Shown here one piece after another: positions 1 to 10,600 of a stretch of 64,000 nucleotides of DNA (within the stretch, counting starts at the first letter, position 1; each line of letters starts with the position of its first letter). Source of the DNA: an uncultured delta proteobacterium (lineage in GTDB: Bacteria; Desulfobacterota; Binatia; UBA9968); assembly GCA_963745035.1 (NCBI GenBank), contig CAVUVW010000011.1:128001-192000 (forward strand). The letters run 5' to 3'. Below the pieces are notes generated by a model that had not been told where the DNA came from, did no database searches, and was given only the letters and a program-made list of their open reading frames with translations. A program made the position numbers and the translations under genes.

Positions 1-9
1 GTTGACCTG

Positions 10-456
10 GTGGCGCTCCAACCCTATCTCGTGAAGAAAAACGATGCCCGGGTCGCCAAAGGAACCCTCGACTTGGATCTCGCCTCCGAGGTTCGCAACG
101 ACAATTTGAACGGCAAAGGCAAAATCGTTCTGCGCGACCTAGGGTTTGCGCCGTCGTCGACATTCTTCGACACCTTCATGGGCATGCCGCGCAACGCCGT
201 GATCAATTTTCTCAAAGATCACAACAACGCCATCGACGTCGACTTTACGCTTACCGGCAACACAAAGAACCCCAACTTCTCGCTCAACGAGAGTCTGTCC
301 ACGCGCATCGCCACGGCGATGGCCGGACAACTCGGCGTCGGCATCACCAACGTCGCCGAAGGGCTCGGCAACATGGGCCGTAAAGGCTTGGAAGGAGCGA
401 GCAGCGTCGTCGAAGGGGTCGGCGCGGCGGCCAAGCGCCTGTTTGGCGGCCAATGA
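10..456 (+). CDS. C-terminal part of DUF748/AsmA-like envelope protein (5' end outside window)
   Basis: LQPYL...G.LDL...IDVDF.L.G...NPNFS pattern typical of DUF748 C-termini; ORF runs off the window start. Confidence 0.55.
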   Translation: MALQPYLVKKNDARVAKGTLDLDLASEVRNDNLNGKGKIVLRDLGFAPSSTFFDTFMGMPRNAVINFLKDHNNAIDVDFTLTGNTKNPNFSLNESLSTRIATAMAGQLGVGITNVAEGLGNMGRKGLEGASSVVEGVGAAAKRLFGGQ

Positions 457-558
457 AAATCCGGTGGTGCCATCAAAGCGCACGCGCGGGTCAAGTTGAA
501 CCATACGAATACGGCGGATAGTCAACCTCTTTCACGGCTGCGGCGCCGCGCACATTGA

Positions 559-622
559 GATTGAACTGAATTCTCCTACTACTCAGTCCTGTGGAATTTG
601 ACTGTAGCGTCGTTCAGTTCAA
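559..622 (+). repeat. Array repeat, full copy (leftmost)
   Basis: gattgaactgaattctcc...gcgtcgttcagttcaa. Confidence 0.9.
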
Positions 623-877
623 AGCAACGAAATAATTTATTGCGAGGCCTCGCGCAATGGAGTGCTAGTAGGCCACTTGATTCGGAATCAAGTTCGTTCT
701 GCGCTCAGGCGCGTCTGCGGGTCGTGGTGTCACAGCTCTAACGGGCTTTCGCCAGATTTCTTCGAGTCGCCCCTGGCAATGGTAGAGTCGGGGTTTGACA
801 ACTTCCTGCTATCTAACCGATAGTGACTTAACTCGCCTCGATGCTGCACGGTAGACGGCACCTCGGGAAGCAACAAA

Positions 878-1567
878 TTGACTAACGATGACGTCGAAAT
901 GGTATTTCGACTGGTCGCTGCCCTTATTGCGGGAGCCTGCATCGGCTACGAGCGTTCGTATCACGGCAGACCCGCCGGTTTTCGTACACATGCGCTGGTC
1001 TGCACAGCATCCAGTCTTCTGATGCTGGTCACCGTCTATGAGGCGCACTGGGTGCGCGCAACCGCCGACCTCGTGAGACTCGACCCGACAAGGATGGCTC
1101 AAGGAATCATGACCGGAATCGGTTTTCTCGGCGCGGGCGTGATTATGAAGGATGGGCTTTCCGTCCGAGGACTCACTACGGCGGCGTCAATCTGGATTAC
1201 GGCGGCAATCGGCATTCTGGCTGGGATTGGCTTCTATTTTCCCCTGGTTGTTTCCGTCATACTCACTATCGGTATGCTGTCCGTCCTCCGCCTAGTCGAA
1301 GCTCGTATGCCTATGCAGGCGTATTATCACGTCGATATTCGTTTCACGCCGAATTCCGAGATGGGGGAAGGCACGTTGCGGGCGCTGATCGAAAGTTACG
1401 GGTTCAGTATTGCCAATTTCAGCTACCGCCTCGATGGCGAAGGCCGCGTGCGTCGTCACACCATGGTGCTGCGCAGTACCGATCGCTCCAGCGCATCGCG
1501 CCTTTCCGAGAGACTCGAGGCCACAGAGGCGGTACAGGAGTTTCGCATCGCACCCACTGGTGATTAA
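878..1567 (+). CDS. MgtC/SapB family membrane protein
   Basis: IGYER...PAGFRTH, DPTRMAQGIMTGIGFLGAG and GLTTAASIW motifs. Confidence 0.9.
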   Translation: MTNDDVEMVFRLVAALIAGACIGYERSYHGRPAGFRTHALVCTASSLLMLVTVYEAHWVRATADLVRLDPTRMAQGIMTGIGFLGAGVIMKDGLSVRGLTTAASIWITAAIGILAGIGFYFPLVVSVILTIGMLSVLRLVEARMPMQAYYHVDIRFTPNSEMGEGTLRALIESYGFSIANFSYRLDGEGRVRRHTMVLRSTDRSSASRLSERLEATEAVQEFRIAPTGD

Positions 1568-1696
1568 GCCAAGCTATCACAGTGAAATCCTTCTGGAGCG
1601 CTCTTCGCGACTACTCAGTCACTCTGAAAAACTCCATCTCGATTAATGGGATACGGGCAGTGGAACCCAAATCGCCCACTTAACCCCGCCACCCGC

Positions 1697-1827
1697 TGTG
1701 CTAGTTTTGTGCTAGTTCAATCCGCAAACACAAGGAAGCACGAGCAGAGAAAAGCGGAGGCGCTCGTTTCCTGTTGGTTTCTGTGGATGTTTGTCGGTGA
1801 GCACCGACCACCACGAGACTCGAAATC
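1697..1827 (+). other. att-like scar: tandem arm-type repeats plus short tRNA-Ser(CGA)-like anticodon segment
   Basis: tgtgctagtt x2 (1697-1717); gactcgaaatc at 1817-1827 (short match). Confidence 0.35.
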
Positions 1828-1885
1828 AAGTTTACCCGGAAATGCTAATGACGGTCGAAATCCTTCCGCGCTCGGGTGGGCTCTA

Positions 1886-2898
1886 ATTGAATTAAATTCT
1901 CCACCAGTATTAGCCGGGCGCTGAAACTGTCGTATCCTCCTCTCTCTAAAAACAAGGGAGAGGAGAAAAGTCATGCGGCAGGTCATTCGACGATTTTTGA
2001 AGCACCTCCAAGCGGAGAAAAACGCAAGTCCATCCACCATAGAATCCTACCAATACGACCTAAACAAGTTCGACGACTATGTCGTTCATCGACTCGGAAA
2101 CAGGTTCTTACCAGGAGATATTTCCCGCGACCACATACGAGATTATCTTACGTGGCTCTCGGAAGCCATCAAAAGCCAAACGGTCCATTGGCTTGTGCAC
2201 GGGCTTTGGCAGCGATACGGTCGTTTTTTAAATACGCTCATCGAGCAGGGATGCTGAGAGACAATCCCACTGCAGATATTGCCCTTCCAAAAATCAGGAT
2301 GGGCGAAATCCGCGCTCTGTCACAGGATGAATGCGGTCGGCTTCCTGCGAGTTGTCGAGACGAATCGGAGTCCATTTAGAAAAATCAGGGACAGGGCAAT
2401 AATAGCGACATTCCTCTTAACCGGAGCGAGATTACGCGAAATTGTGCAGCTGGACAAAGCCGACATCGACCTTCATCAATCGACAGTACGGCTGCATCGT
2501 AAAGGCGGGGACATTAACATACTGCCTTTGGCTGACTCGGCAAAAACAGAACTGAAATTGTACCTAAAGCAGCGGCGGAAGAGGAGCCGCGCAAGGGCAC
2601 TATTTATATCTTGCCAGAATCGAAGAATATCACGTGGCGCGGTTTGGTATCTGGTGAAGAAATATTTCAAGAAATGCCGACTGAGAACGCGCGGCATGGG
2701 ACCACACGCTTTGCGGCATACCTTTGCGACACTGCTTTTAAGCCACGGAGAAAACCTCAGAGTCATTCAGAGTCTTATGAATCACAAAAGTCTGGCGACG
2801 ACAGCACGGTATTTGCCTTCGCGAAGCAAAGAGCTGGTAAAAGCCGTGAACGGTCTGAAGCTGTTGCGTGGCTAGAATGTGCCGTCGTTCAGTTCAAT
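1886..2898 (+). mobile_element. Putative ~1-kb recombinase element bounded by the left and right halves of the array repeat
   Basis: attgaattaaattctccacc at 1886 and cgtcgttcagttcaat at 2883-2898 enclose only the recombinase gene. Confidence 0.7.
1973..2875 (+). CDS. XerC/XerD-like tyrosine recombinase (two frameshifts, ~2160 and ~2340)
   Basis: N-terminal SAM-like domain (ASPSTIESYQYDL), RSFFKY..DNP, TGARLREI, HALRHTFAT, MNHKSLATTARY; RBS ggagaggag; no IntI-type insertion before HxLRH. Confidence 0.9.
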
Positions 2899-3123
2899 TC
2901 TGCAAGGTATCCTAAATTCGTCCCTTTTTTTCTGCATACAAAGCAACTTCTTGTGGTCCTATTAATGGAAAGCGACACGGCGAAAATAACAGAGAAGGGT
3001 GGGAGCCAACACATGTGCAGGAGATCCGTTTGCAAGACGATAGTTTCTATTTGAAGTTTGTTCAATATTAGACAGCAATCGTGACCTAGGAGTATATCGT
3101 GATGTCTCATACTGGAGGTCGTC

Positions 3124-3645
3124 ATGCGAACCATTTTTATTTTACCCTTCATATTCGCTGCTTGGATTGTGATGCCGACGGTTTCAGGCGCCCAAGTAGG
3201 AAAAGACGCTACGTCGCCGGGGCAGCTTGCACCGGGCGCTGTGCAAGGCGCACGCATGGAGAGTTGCAAGGCAAGTACCAAAACGGAAATCGCGTTGCTG
3301 TTTGACCGCTGGAATCAGTCGCTGCAGACAGGTGATCCGCGCAAGGTGGTCGCCAATTATGCGGAGCCTTCGATCCTCTTGCCCACCGTTTCAAACAAAC
3401 CACGTCTCACGCCAGCCGAGAAGGAGGATTACTTTCATCATTTCTTAGAGGACCGCCCTTCCGGCAAGATTGACTTGCGAAACGTTGAGCTTGGTTGCAA
3501 CACTGCGGTTGATGCAGGTCTTTACACCTTCACGTTTGCCAGGACAGGGGCAACGGTCAGCGGACGCTATACCTACACCTATCGCTGGAACGGTTCAGAA
3601 TGGTTAATTACAAGTCACCATTCTTCAGCGATGCCAGAGAAGTAG
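3124..3645 (+). CDS. Secreted SgcJ/EcaC (CaMKII-association, NTF2-like) family protein
   Basis: LFDRWNQSLQTGDP, LLPTVSN, DAGLYTF, RYTYTY..WLITSHHSSAMPE. Confidence 0.85.
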   Translation: MRTIFILPFIFAAWIVMPTVSGAQVGKDATSPGQLAPGAVQGARMESCKASTKTEIALLFDRWNQSLQTGDPRKVVANYAEPSILLPTVSNKPRLTPAEKEDYFHHFLEDRPSGKIDLRNVELGCNTAVDAGLYTFTFARTGATVSGRYTYTYRWNGSEWLITSHHSSAMPEK

Positions 3646-3652
3646 CCGAGAG

Positions 3653-3709
3653 GCATAACCCTTTATTCCAGAGGACCGCCTGTGGCGGCCGCGGATGGAC
3701 GCGTTGTCC
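3653..3709 (+). other. Degenerate integron attC site
   Basis: GCATAAC...ggaccgcctgtggcggcc hairpin...GTTGTCC just after the stop codon. Confidence 0.5.
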
Positions 3710-4010
3710 GGCTGTAAGACGACGACAATTGCTACTATGCTGCGTTGAACGAAGAGAAGATCGAAAAGATGGAATTGGCGTATGAAGAGAATTTGAATTT
3801 ACAGGGACTTTTGGGCTTAGGTGATTTCAAAATATTCGGGTCAATTGTGGATATGCAGAAGTAAAGCGGGACTATACGGAACTGGAGAATCATAGTTATG
3901 CGGATGGAGAGTTCCGGAGATCCCCAGCCGTGCCGGATCGACCGTCGTCTTGCAAAGCAGTTCCAGCAGGACTACCGTCATCGAGCAATTCTAGGTGAAC
4001 GGAGGAGAAC

Positions 4011-4529
4011 CTGTCGCTACACGGCGTTTCACACATCGGCCTCTCGACGCTCGACCTCGCCGCCACCCGCGCCTTCTACGAGGATGTGCTCGGCTTCCGC
4101 CTAGTGACCATTGAGCAGATCGATTTCGAAGAAGGGGGATGTATCCGCCACGCGTTCTTCGACTGTGGCGATGGCCAACTTCTCGGATTCATGGAGCCTC
4201 GCGGGATCCAAGGACTACCAGCCGAATACGACACCGGCATCAATCAAAGCCTCGGGCTACCCGAATGGTTCTACCACTTCGCCTTCAACGCTGGCTCGGT
4301 CGAAGAGTTGCACGCGAAGCGCGCGGAGCTGATTGCCAAAGGCATCAAGGTCACGGCGATCGTCGACCACGAGTGGGTGCTGTCGATCTACTTCAAAGAT
4401 CCCAACGGCCTCCTGCTCGAGTATGCGGTGCAGACGCGTGCGCCCGCCGACCCTCACGTAAGCCCGGGCAGGCGCATTATGGCCAGCATGCGTGGACCGT
4501 CCCGGGTCACCGATTTCCGCGATTCCTAG
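4011..4529 (+). CDS. VOC/glyoxalase family protein
   Basis: In-frame HGVSHIGLST..TRAFYEDVLGF upstream of listed ORF, HFAF, SIYFKDPNGLLLE; RBS ggaggag at ~4001 with CTG start. Confidence 0.8.
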   Translation: MSLHGVSHIGLSTLDLAATRAFYEDVLGFRLVTIEQIDFEEGGCIRHAFFDCGDGQLLGFMEPRGIQGLPAEYDTGINQSLGLPEWFYHFAFNAGSVEELHAKRAELIAKGIKVTAIVDHEWVLSIYFKDPNGLLLEYAVQTRAPADPHVSPGRRIMASMRGPSRVTDFRDS

Positions 4530-4590
4530 ACCTCGGTGGGATGCATCGAGAACTCGCTATCGTGCTGGGCTCGAGATGGTGAGATGAGTC

Positions 4591-4655
4591 GCATGACCAG
4601 GCGATGAAGCAGACGGTCGCTTTCGGCGCCCGGAGCTTATCACGATCCGTTAGGC
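4591..4655 (+). other. Integron attC site (R'' box mutated)
   Basis: gcatgac-caggcgatgaagc...gcttatc...GTTAGGC. Confidence 0.6.
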
Positions 4656-4701
4656 GCATTGACCAGGAGAGCGCTGGTATCACAGGAAAGGAGGAAATGC
4701 C

Positions 4702-5276
4702 ATGGCAAAGCCCTCGAAATTTGCTCACATCGTTTATCGCACGAGACGCTTCGAGGAGATGATTGCTTGGTACGAAAAAGTGTTCGAAGCAAGGGTGCAA
4801 TACAAAAATCCAGCCCTCGCATTTCTTACATATGACGATGAGCATCACCGTTTCGCTTTTGGCAACCTAGAAATGCTCGATCCATCCGGTAAGGCTCCCG
4901 GCGGCAAAACCGATATCGGTGTCGACCACGTGGCTTATACATACGCAAGCCTCCGCGATCTTGTCGATACTATACACGGCTCAAGAGGGAGGGCATCAGA
5001 CCTTACTGGCCCATTCGCCACGGTCCAACCCTGTCGCTCTACTACAAAGATCCTGACGGAAACCGAATCGAGTTTCAGGTCGATTGCTTTGCGACGGCCG
5101 ATGAGGCTAATGCATATATGCGAGGAGACGGTTTCTCTTCCAATCCTATCGGCGTGAACTTCGATCCAGATGAACTGGTAGAGGAATTTAAGAAAGGCGT
5201 GCCCGAGCAGCAGCTTCTCGCCCGACCCGAAGGACCACCGGCCTCAATCCCGCGCGAGCATGGTCTTGGCGCCTAA
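4702..5276 (+). CDS. VOC family protein (BphC-like), frameshift near 4975
   Basis: FAHIVYRT, FLTYDDEHHR, VDHVAYTY, then HGPTLSLYYKDPDGNRIEFQ in another frame. Confidence 0.8.
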
Positions 5277-5351
5277 CAGCGCCTTGTTGCCCGACACCTA
5301 TGTCTCGCCGCTTCGCGCTCAGCACGGCGCGGCAAAACGCGAACGTTACGC
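5271..5351 (+). other. Integron attC site
   Basis: GCCTAAC (overlaps stop codon)...imperfect palindrome...GTTACGC. Confidence 0.7.
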
Positions 5352-5368
5352 GACGTGAGGAGCATGTG

Positions 5369-5495
5369 ATGCGACTTCCGAAGCAGGTCGTGCGTATCGT
5401 GAACGCGGTCACCAAACTTGCCCTTCTCGTAGGCATCCCACGGCCTCCATACACGGCGGGAAAACGCGCTCATCGTCGAAACCGTCGGGCCGAGC
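5369..5495 (+). pseudogene. 5' fragment of a cassette gene (nitroreductase/deazaflavin-dependent-like), truncated just before the repeat
   Basis: MRLPKQVVRIVN...then ALIVETVGR in a shifted frame; RBS gaggag. Confidence 0.35.
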
Positions 5496-5507
5496 GTTAG
5501 CCATCAG

Positions 5508-5575
5508 GATTGAACTGAATTCTCCATCAACGTAATCTCGCGTGGCATCACATTGAAGCGTCGTTCAGTTCAATC
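5508..5575 (+). repeat. Array repeat, full copy
   Basis: gattgaactgaattctccatcaacgtaatctcgcgtggcatcacattgaagcgtcgttcagttcaatc. Confidence 0.95.
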
Positions 5576-5731
5576 TCAGGCTAAATTTGATCTTGCCATT
5601 TGATGAATACTGTCGAAGGCATCGCCGCGCGGAACGTCTGATATTCAGTCAGCGTGCTTCTCAGTTCGATGTCCGCTCGCCCTCTCATAAACGGCTTGCT
5701 TGATCGCCGCAGGTAGTCAGGGGGCCACCCA

Positions 5732-6543
5732 TCAGAAGGTTGCATGCGTGTCCTGCCATCCGAGTCCGTTCCAAAACACTGTTTCGAGCAATCGCCTTAT
5801 TTTCCGACTTGGAAGATTGCGAAAGATCCCATTGTTCGGCCCTACCATGCGGTAATCCAAATGAATCCGCCGGTAATTCCATTTGACACTGTCAAGCGGT
5901 CGCCATTCGCCAGGGGCCTCCTCGCCGAACAGCCCGCTTGAGCCGCCTTCAAACCGATGGTCGACGAAAATGCCCTCTCTTGCCGGGTTGGGGCATCGTT
6001 GCTCAGTAATAGTGAGTTGTGGGACAATCTTGAATCTCTTGTATCCCAGCTGATCGAGTAGATGCAGTTGCGTGAACGTGTCCTTGATCGACGTCGCGCT
6101 TGCCTCCACCGAAATATACTTCGGCTTCTCCTCTACGCTGAGCAGACCTTCGAGGCATACGGAATCCATTCCCTCGATATCTACTTTCATGTAGTACGGC
6201 ACACCGAATTTTAGGATGACGTCCTTGATCGTAGTCGCCTCGACCTTAACCGGATGACTCTTGAATCCTCGCGCCTCGTTTCTTTTGACCCATTCGGGGT
6301 TTGCTGTCCCCCATATGCTGACTTGCTCGTTGACAAAAAAATCGATGGTTCCGACGGTATGACTGATCGCCTTGTTGATGATCTGTAATTGGCCAGAGCC
6401 GATCGCTGCCGAGAATTTGTGTACACACTCCTCGCAGAGTTGGGCATTCGCCTCGATTCCGACGACCCGAAATCCTTTTCTGAGATAGAACTCGTGTCTT
6501 CTCCTGTATGCATTCCAACGTCATAGATTAAGTCGCCTGGCAT
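5732..6543 (-). CDS. FkbM family methyltransferase (frameshifted)
   Basis: LIYDVGMHTGEDT at N-terminus; YYMKVDIEGMD..CL; PKYISVE. Confidence 0.8.
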
Positions 6544-6651
6544 CTCGTAATCTCCAGGGTTATGAATACGCGCCGATCCGTCTCTCGAAAGATCGTCATC
6601 GCTTCGGGCACAACGGCGCTTTTCGACTCAACGATGGGTCCGAAACCCGTC

Positions 6652-6798
6652 TGTGCTGGTTTGTGCCAGAACCAGAGCAGAACAAACACCTCCCATTGTC
6701 TAACACCCAGGAGGTGAACATTAAAATAGTTGGATTTTTTCGTTGATGTTCCGCTCTGGTTTGGCCCCGACTTGGCTCTTAATCAGCGGGTCCGGGGT
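6652..6798 (+). other. att-like scar: arm-type repeats plus tRNA-Lys(CTT) anticodon/variable-loop fragment
   Basis: tgtgctggt-t-tgtgccag (6652-6669); ttggctcttaatcagcgggtccggggt (6772-6798). Confidence 0.6.
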
Positions 6799-6812
6799 GT
6801 TCTGGATGCTAG

Positions 6813-6880
6813 GATTGAATTGAATTCTCCACCAACGCAATCTCGCGCGGCATCACATTGAAGCGTCGTTCAGTTCAATC
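6813..6880 (+). repeat. Array repeat, full copy
   Basis: taggattgaattgaattctccacc...gcgtcgttcagttcaatccta. Confidence 0.95.
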
Positions 6881-6960
6881 CTACGGGTCCGCGAGCACTT
6901 CTTATTTGACAAATCCCTTCGTTCGGCGTGATAAATAACGCTCGAAACTCTGGGTGTGCA

Positions 6961-7251
6961 ATGAAGAAAGCTCGTCTGTCATCAATCCTGATTGCGGTAC
7001 TGATGCTCGCTGTTGCCGTCATGGCCGTCATCACGGTTTGCGATGGAGCGAGAGAATCGTGTCCGCTTTTTCCCGGCCAGCCAGAGATTGCCCATTGGAA
7101 TATCCCCGATCCGACCAGGGCTACTGGATTGAAGGAAATCGATAAGTACAGGGATGTCGCACAGCAAATTCAGCAGCGTGTGCACTTGCTTTGTGCGTTC
7201 CCGATAGAAAAGCTGGGCCACTTGGCACCAGAACAGCGTGCAACCTCATAA
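6961..7251 (+). pseudogene. Chimera: ABC-SBP signal peptide fused to C-terminal half of an ArsC/LMWP arsenate reductase
   Basis: MKKARLSSILIAVLMLAVAVMA + VITVCDGARESCPLFPG..HWNIPDP. Confidence 0.65.
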
Positions 7252-7626
7252 CCGGGCTGCGAGTGCTGTTAATGGACCAGCGCCTTTGCTCATGCAGCAC
7301 GGGGGCTTTGAAAGCTCTTGTATCGCTACCGAGTCAAATAGCCGGTCCAGAAACAGCGGACATTGTTGCGGTGCTCTTCAGAATGTCTGGCGGCAGAAGC
7401 CTGTAATGCTCCGATAGGCGAAGCGCATGTTTTGGCAAATTCAAACGGTAACCCTGAAGTTCGAAACAAATGCCAAACAACTAAAGGCCAAACTCGCCTC
7501 CCTGTCGCCTCTCCCGCAAAGTCACGGGAAGGCGACAGGAAAGGGTTGAAAGGCTAGGACGTTTGGAACAGTCCGCACGTTTTTCTTTTTCTGCAAACGG
7601 CGCAAAATTCGGGTAGCAAATAAGCC

Positions 7627-10600
7627 ATGACTGCTACAGCTCCAATTATCACGCTCTCGCCGCGGGATTACGACGCGGTTTTGTTCGACCTCGACGGTGT
7701 ACTGACGAAAACGGCGACCGTGCATGCCGCGGCATGGAAAAAACTGTTCGATGGATATCTAAAGCAGCGCGCCCAAGACACCGGAGGACCCTTCGTCGCC
7801 TTCGACATCGATGCCGACTACCTGCGCTATGTCGACGGCAAACCGCGTTACGATGGCGTGGTGTCTTTTCTCCACTCGCGCGGAATTGATTTGCCGTTGG
7901 GTTCGGCCGGCGACGCGCCCGGCACGGGAACGGTACATGCTCTCGGCAAGCTAAAGGATCGATACTTCACGGAGAGTCTGGAGGAGCAAGGCGTCGAGAC
8001 TTATGAACCGACGATCTCTCTCGTGCGCACGCTGCGCGCGCAAGAGATCAAGACCGCGGTCGTCTCTTCGAGCAACAACTGCGCGGCAGTTCTGCAGGCC
8101 GCCGGCATCGCGCATCTTTTCGATACGCGGGTTGATGGCAGGGAGATCGCCCGCCTCGCGCTCAAAGGCAAGCCGGCGCCCGATGCTTTCCTCGAAGCGG
8201 CGCGGCGTCTGGCTGTCGAGCCGTCCCGCGTCGTCGTCGTGGAGGACGCGATCGCCGGCGTCGCTGCGGGACGTGCCGGCCGTTTCTGCTGTGTGATCGG
8301 TGTCGATCGAGGTGGGCATTCTAAGGCGCTGCGTGAGGCCGGTGCTAATGTCGTGGTAACGAGCTTGGCGCAGGTTAGGATCAGTCCAGAACCCGCCTCC
8401 GCCTGGACGCTAGTGTATGAAGGATACGAGCCAGCGCGGGAAAGAATCCGCGAAGCCCTATGCGCGCTAGGGAACGGCTATTTCGCTACTCGTGGAGCAG
8501 CGACCTGGGCGCGGGCGGATGAGATTCACTACCCCGGGACCTACCTCGCCTGCGGCTATAACCGAATGCGCACTGATATTGCGGGCCGGATTGTCGAAAA
8601 CGAAGATCTCGTCAATCTTCCCAATTGGCTCCCCCTCGAATTTCGTATCGGCGAGGAGGACTGGTTCGATCCGGCGACGGTCACGATCCGTCTTTATGAT
8701 CAGCGGCTAGATCTGCGACGTGGCATGCTGCTGCGAACGATCCGCTTCGAAGATCGCCAGGGGCGGCAGACTACGCTGAAGGAACGCCGTCTGGTGTCCA
8801 TGAGCGACATGCATGTGGCGGCGCTCGAGCTGAGTCTTTCTGCCGAGAATTGGTCGGCCAAGGTCACGGTGCGTGCATCAATCGACGGCCGGATTGTCAA
8901 TAGCGGCGCGCAGCTCTACCTCAAATTCAACAACAAACATCTCGAGTTGCTGGAGCGCCAGGTCCTCGACAGCGACGGCGTTTATATGCTCGTGCGCACC
9001 AGCCAGTCACATATTTACGTCGCCCAGGCGGCGCGAACTCAAGCGTTTGTCGACGGCAAAATCCGTGAGGTGCCGCGCCGTGTTATCGAAGAGCCGGAAT
9101 ACATCGGGCAAGAGATGGTGATCGACGTGCGGCAGGGCGAGACTTTGGCCCTCGAGAAGATCGCGTCTTTCTACACCTCGCGTGATCAAGCTATTTCGGA
9201 GTGCGGTTTGGCGGCGCGTAAGGCGATTGGCCGGGCGGGCCGCTTTGACGCGGTGATGGCCGAGCATGTTCTTTCCTGGAAGCACTTGTGGCGCCGCTTC
9301 GATGTGCATATTCAGCCGGCCGAACCGGGATTCAAACTGAATGTACTGATGCTGTTGCGGCTGAACATGTTTCATCTCTTGCAGGCCGTCTCGCCCAACT
9401 CGATCGGACTCGATATCGGCGTGCCGGCGCGCGGCTGGACCGGCGAGGCCTACGAGGGCCACATTTTTTGGGACGAGCTTTTTATTTTTCCGTTCCTAAA
9501 TTATCGCATGCCGGAAATCACCCGCTCGTTGCTATTGTACCGCTATCGCCGTTTGGGGGAGGCGCGTGCCGCAGCGAGAATGGCGGGGTTGCGGGGCGCG
9601 ATGTTTCCCTGGCAAAGCGGCAGCGACGGGCAGGAAGAGACGCAGGAGCTCAACTTCAACCCGCGCTCACAGCGCTGGGTGCCGGACAATTCTTACCTGC
9701 AGCGCCATGTCGGCAGCGCCATCGCTTACAACGCTTGGCAGTATTATCAAGTCACTCACGATGTCGAGTTTATGCAAGCCCATGGCGCCGAGCTGATTCT
9801 CGAAATCGCTCGCTTTTGGTCGAGTATCGCGAGTTTCAACGAGGAGAGCGGTCGGTACGAGATTAGCGGGGTTATGGGCCCGGACGAGTTCCACGAGGGA
9901 TACCCCGGCTCATCGTCGCCCGGCCTTAATAACAATGCCTTCACTAACCTCATGGCGGCTTGGGTGCTGTGCCGCGCGCTCGATGTGCTCGAACTCCTTC
10001 CCGACATACGCCGCGCCGAGCTGAGCGCCCGACTCGGGCTATCGCCTGACGAGATTGTGCGATGGGGCGAAGTGAGCCGCAAGATGGTCGTGCCCTTTCA
10101 CGGCGACGGCATCATCAGCCAGTTTACAGGGTATGAAAATCTCGCTGAGCTGAACTGGGCGGACTACCGCGCCCGCTACGGCAATATTCAGCGGCTCGAT
10201 TTGATTCTGGAAGCCGAGAACGACAGTGCGAACCGCTACAAATTATCGAAGCAAGCCGACGTGCTGATGTTGTTTTATCTGTTTTCCGCGCAGGAGCTGG
10301 GCGAGCTGTTCAGGCGTTTAGGTTATCCGTTCGACCCTGAGATGATTCATCGCAACGTTGCCTACTATGACGCGCGCTCGTCGCATGGTTCGACGCTCTC
10401 GCGCGTAGTCCATGCGTGGGTGTTGGCGCGTTCGGACAGGCCGCGCTCGATGACTTATTTCGCCGAGGCACTGCAGAGCGATGTCAGCGATATTCAGCAA
10501 GGGACTACCGCCGAAGGTGTTCATCTCGGCGCTATGGCGGGATCGGTAGATCTGGTGCAGCGCGTCTCGACAGGCATCGAAATTACCGGCGACGTTCTGC

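Noticed and set aside
529-540. ctttcacggctg as a tRNA-Glu fragment before the first repeat
   Set aside because: Too short, and no arm-type repeats were seen upstream.
1973-2875. Recombinase as integron integrase IntI or housekeeping xerC/xerD
   Set aside because: It lacks the IntI-specific insertion. Its accessory, lower-GC context between half-repeats argues against the chromosomal xer genes, so no symbol was given.
7430-7545. Hairpins upstream of HAD-GH65 as a c-di-GMP riboswitch
   Set aside because: The GGCAAA start is present, but the GEMM P1/P2 tetraloop-receptor pattern is not.
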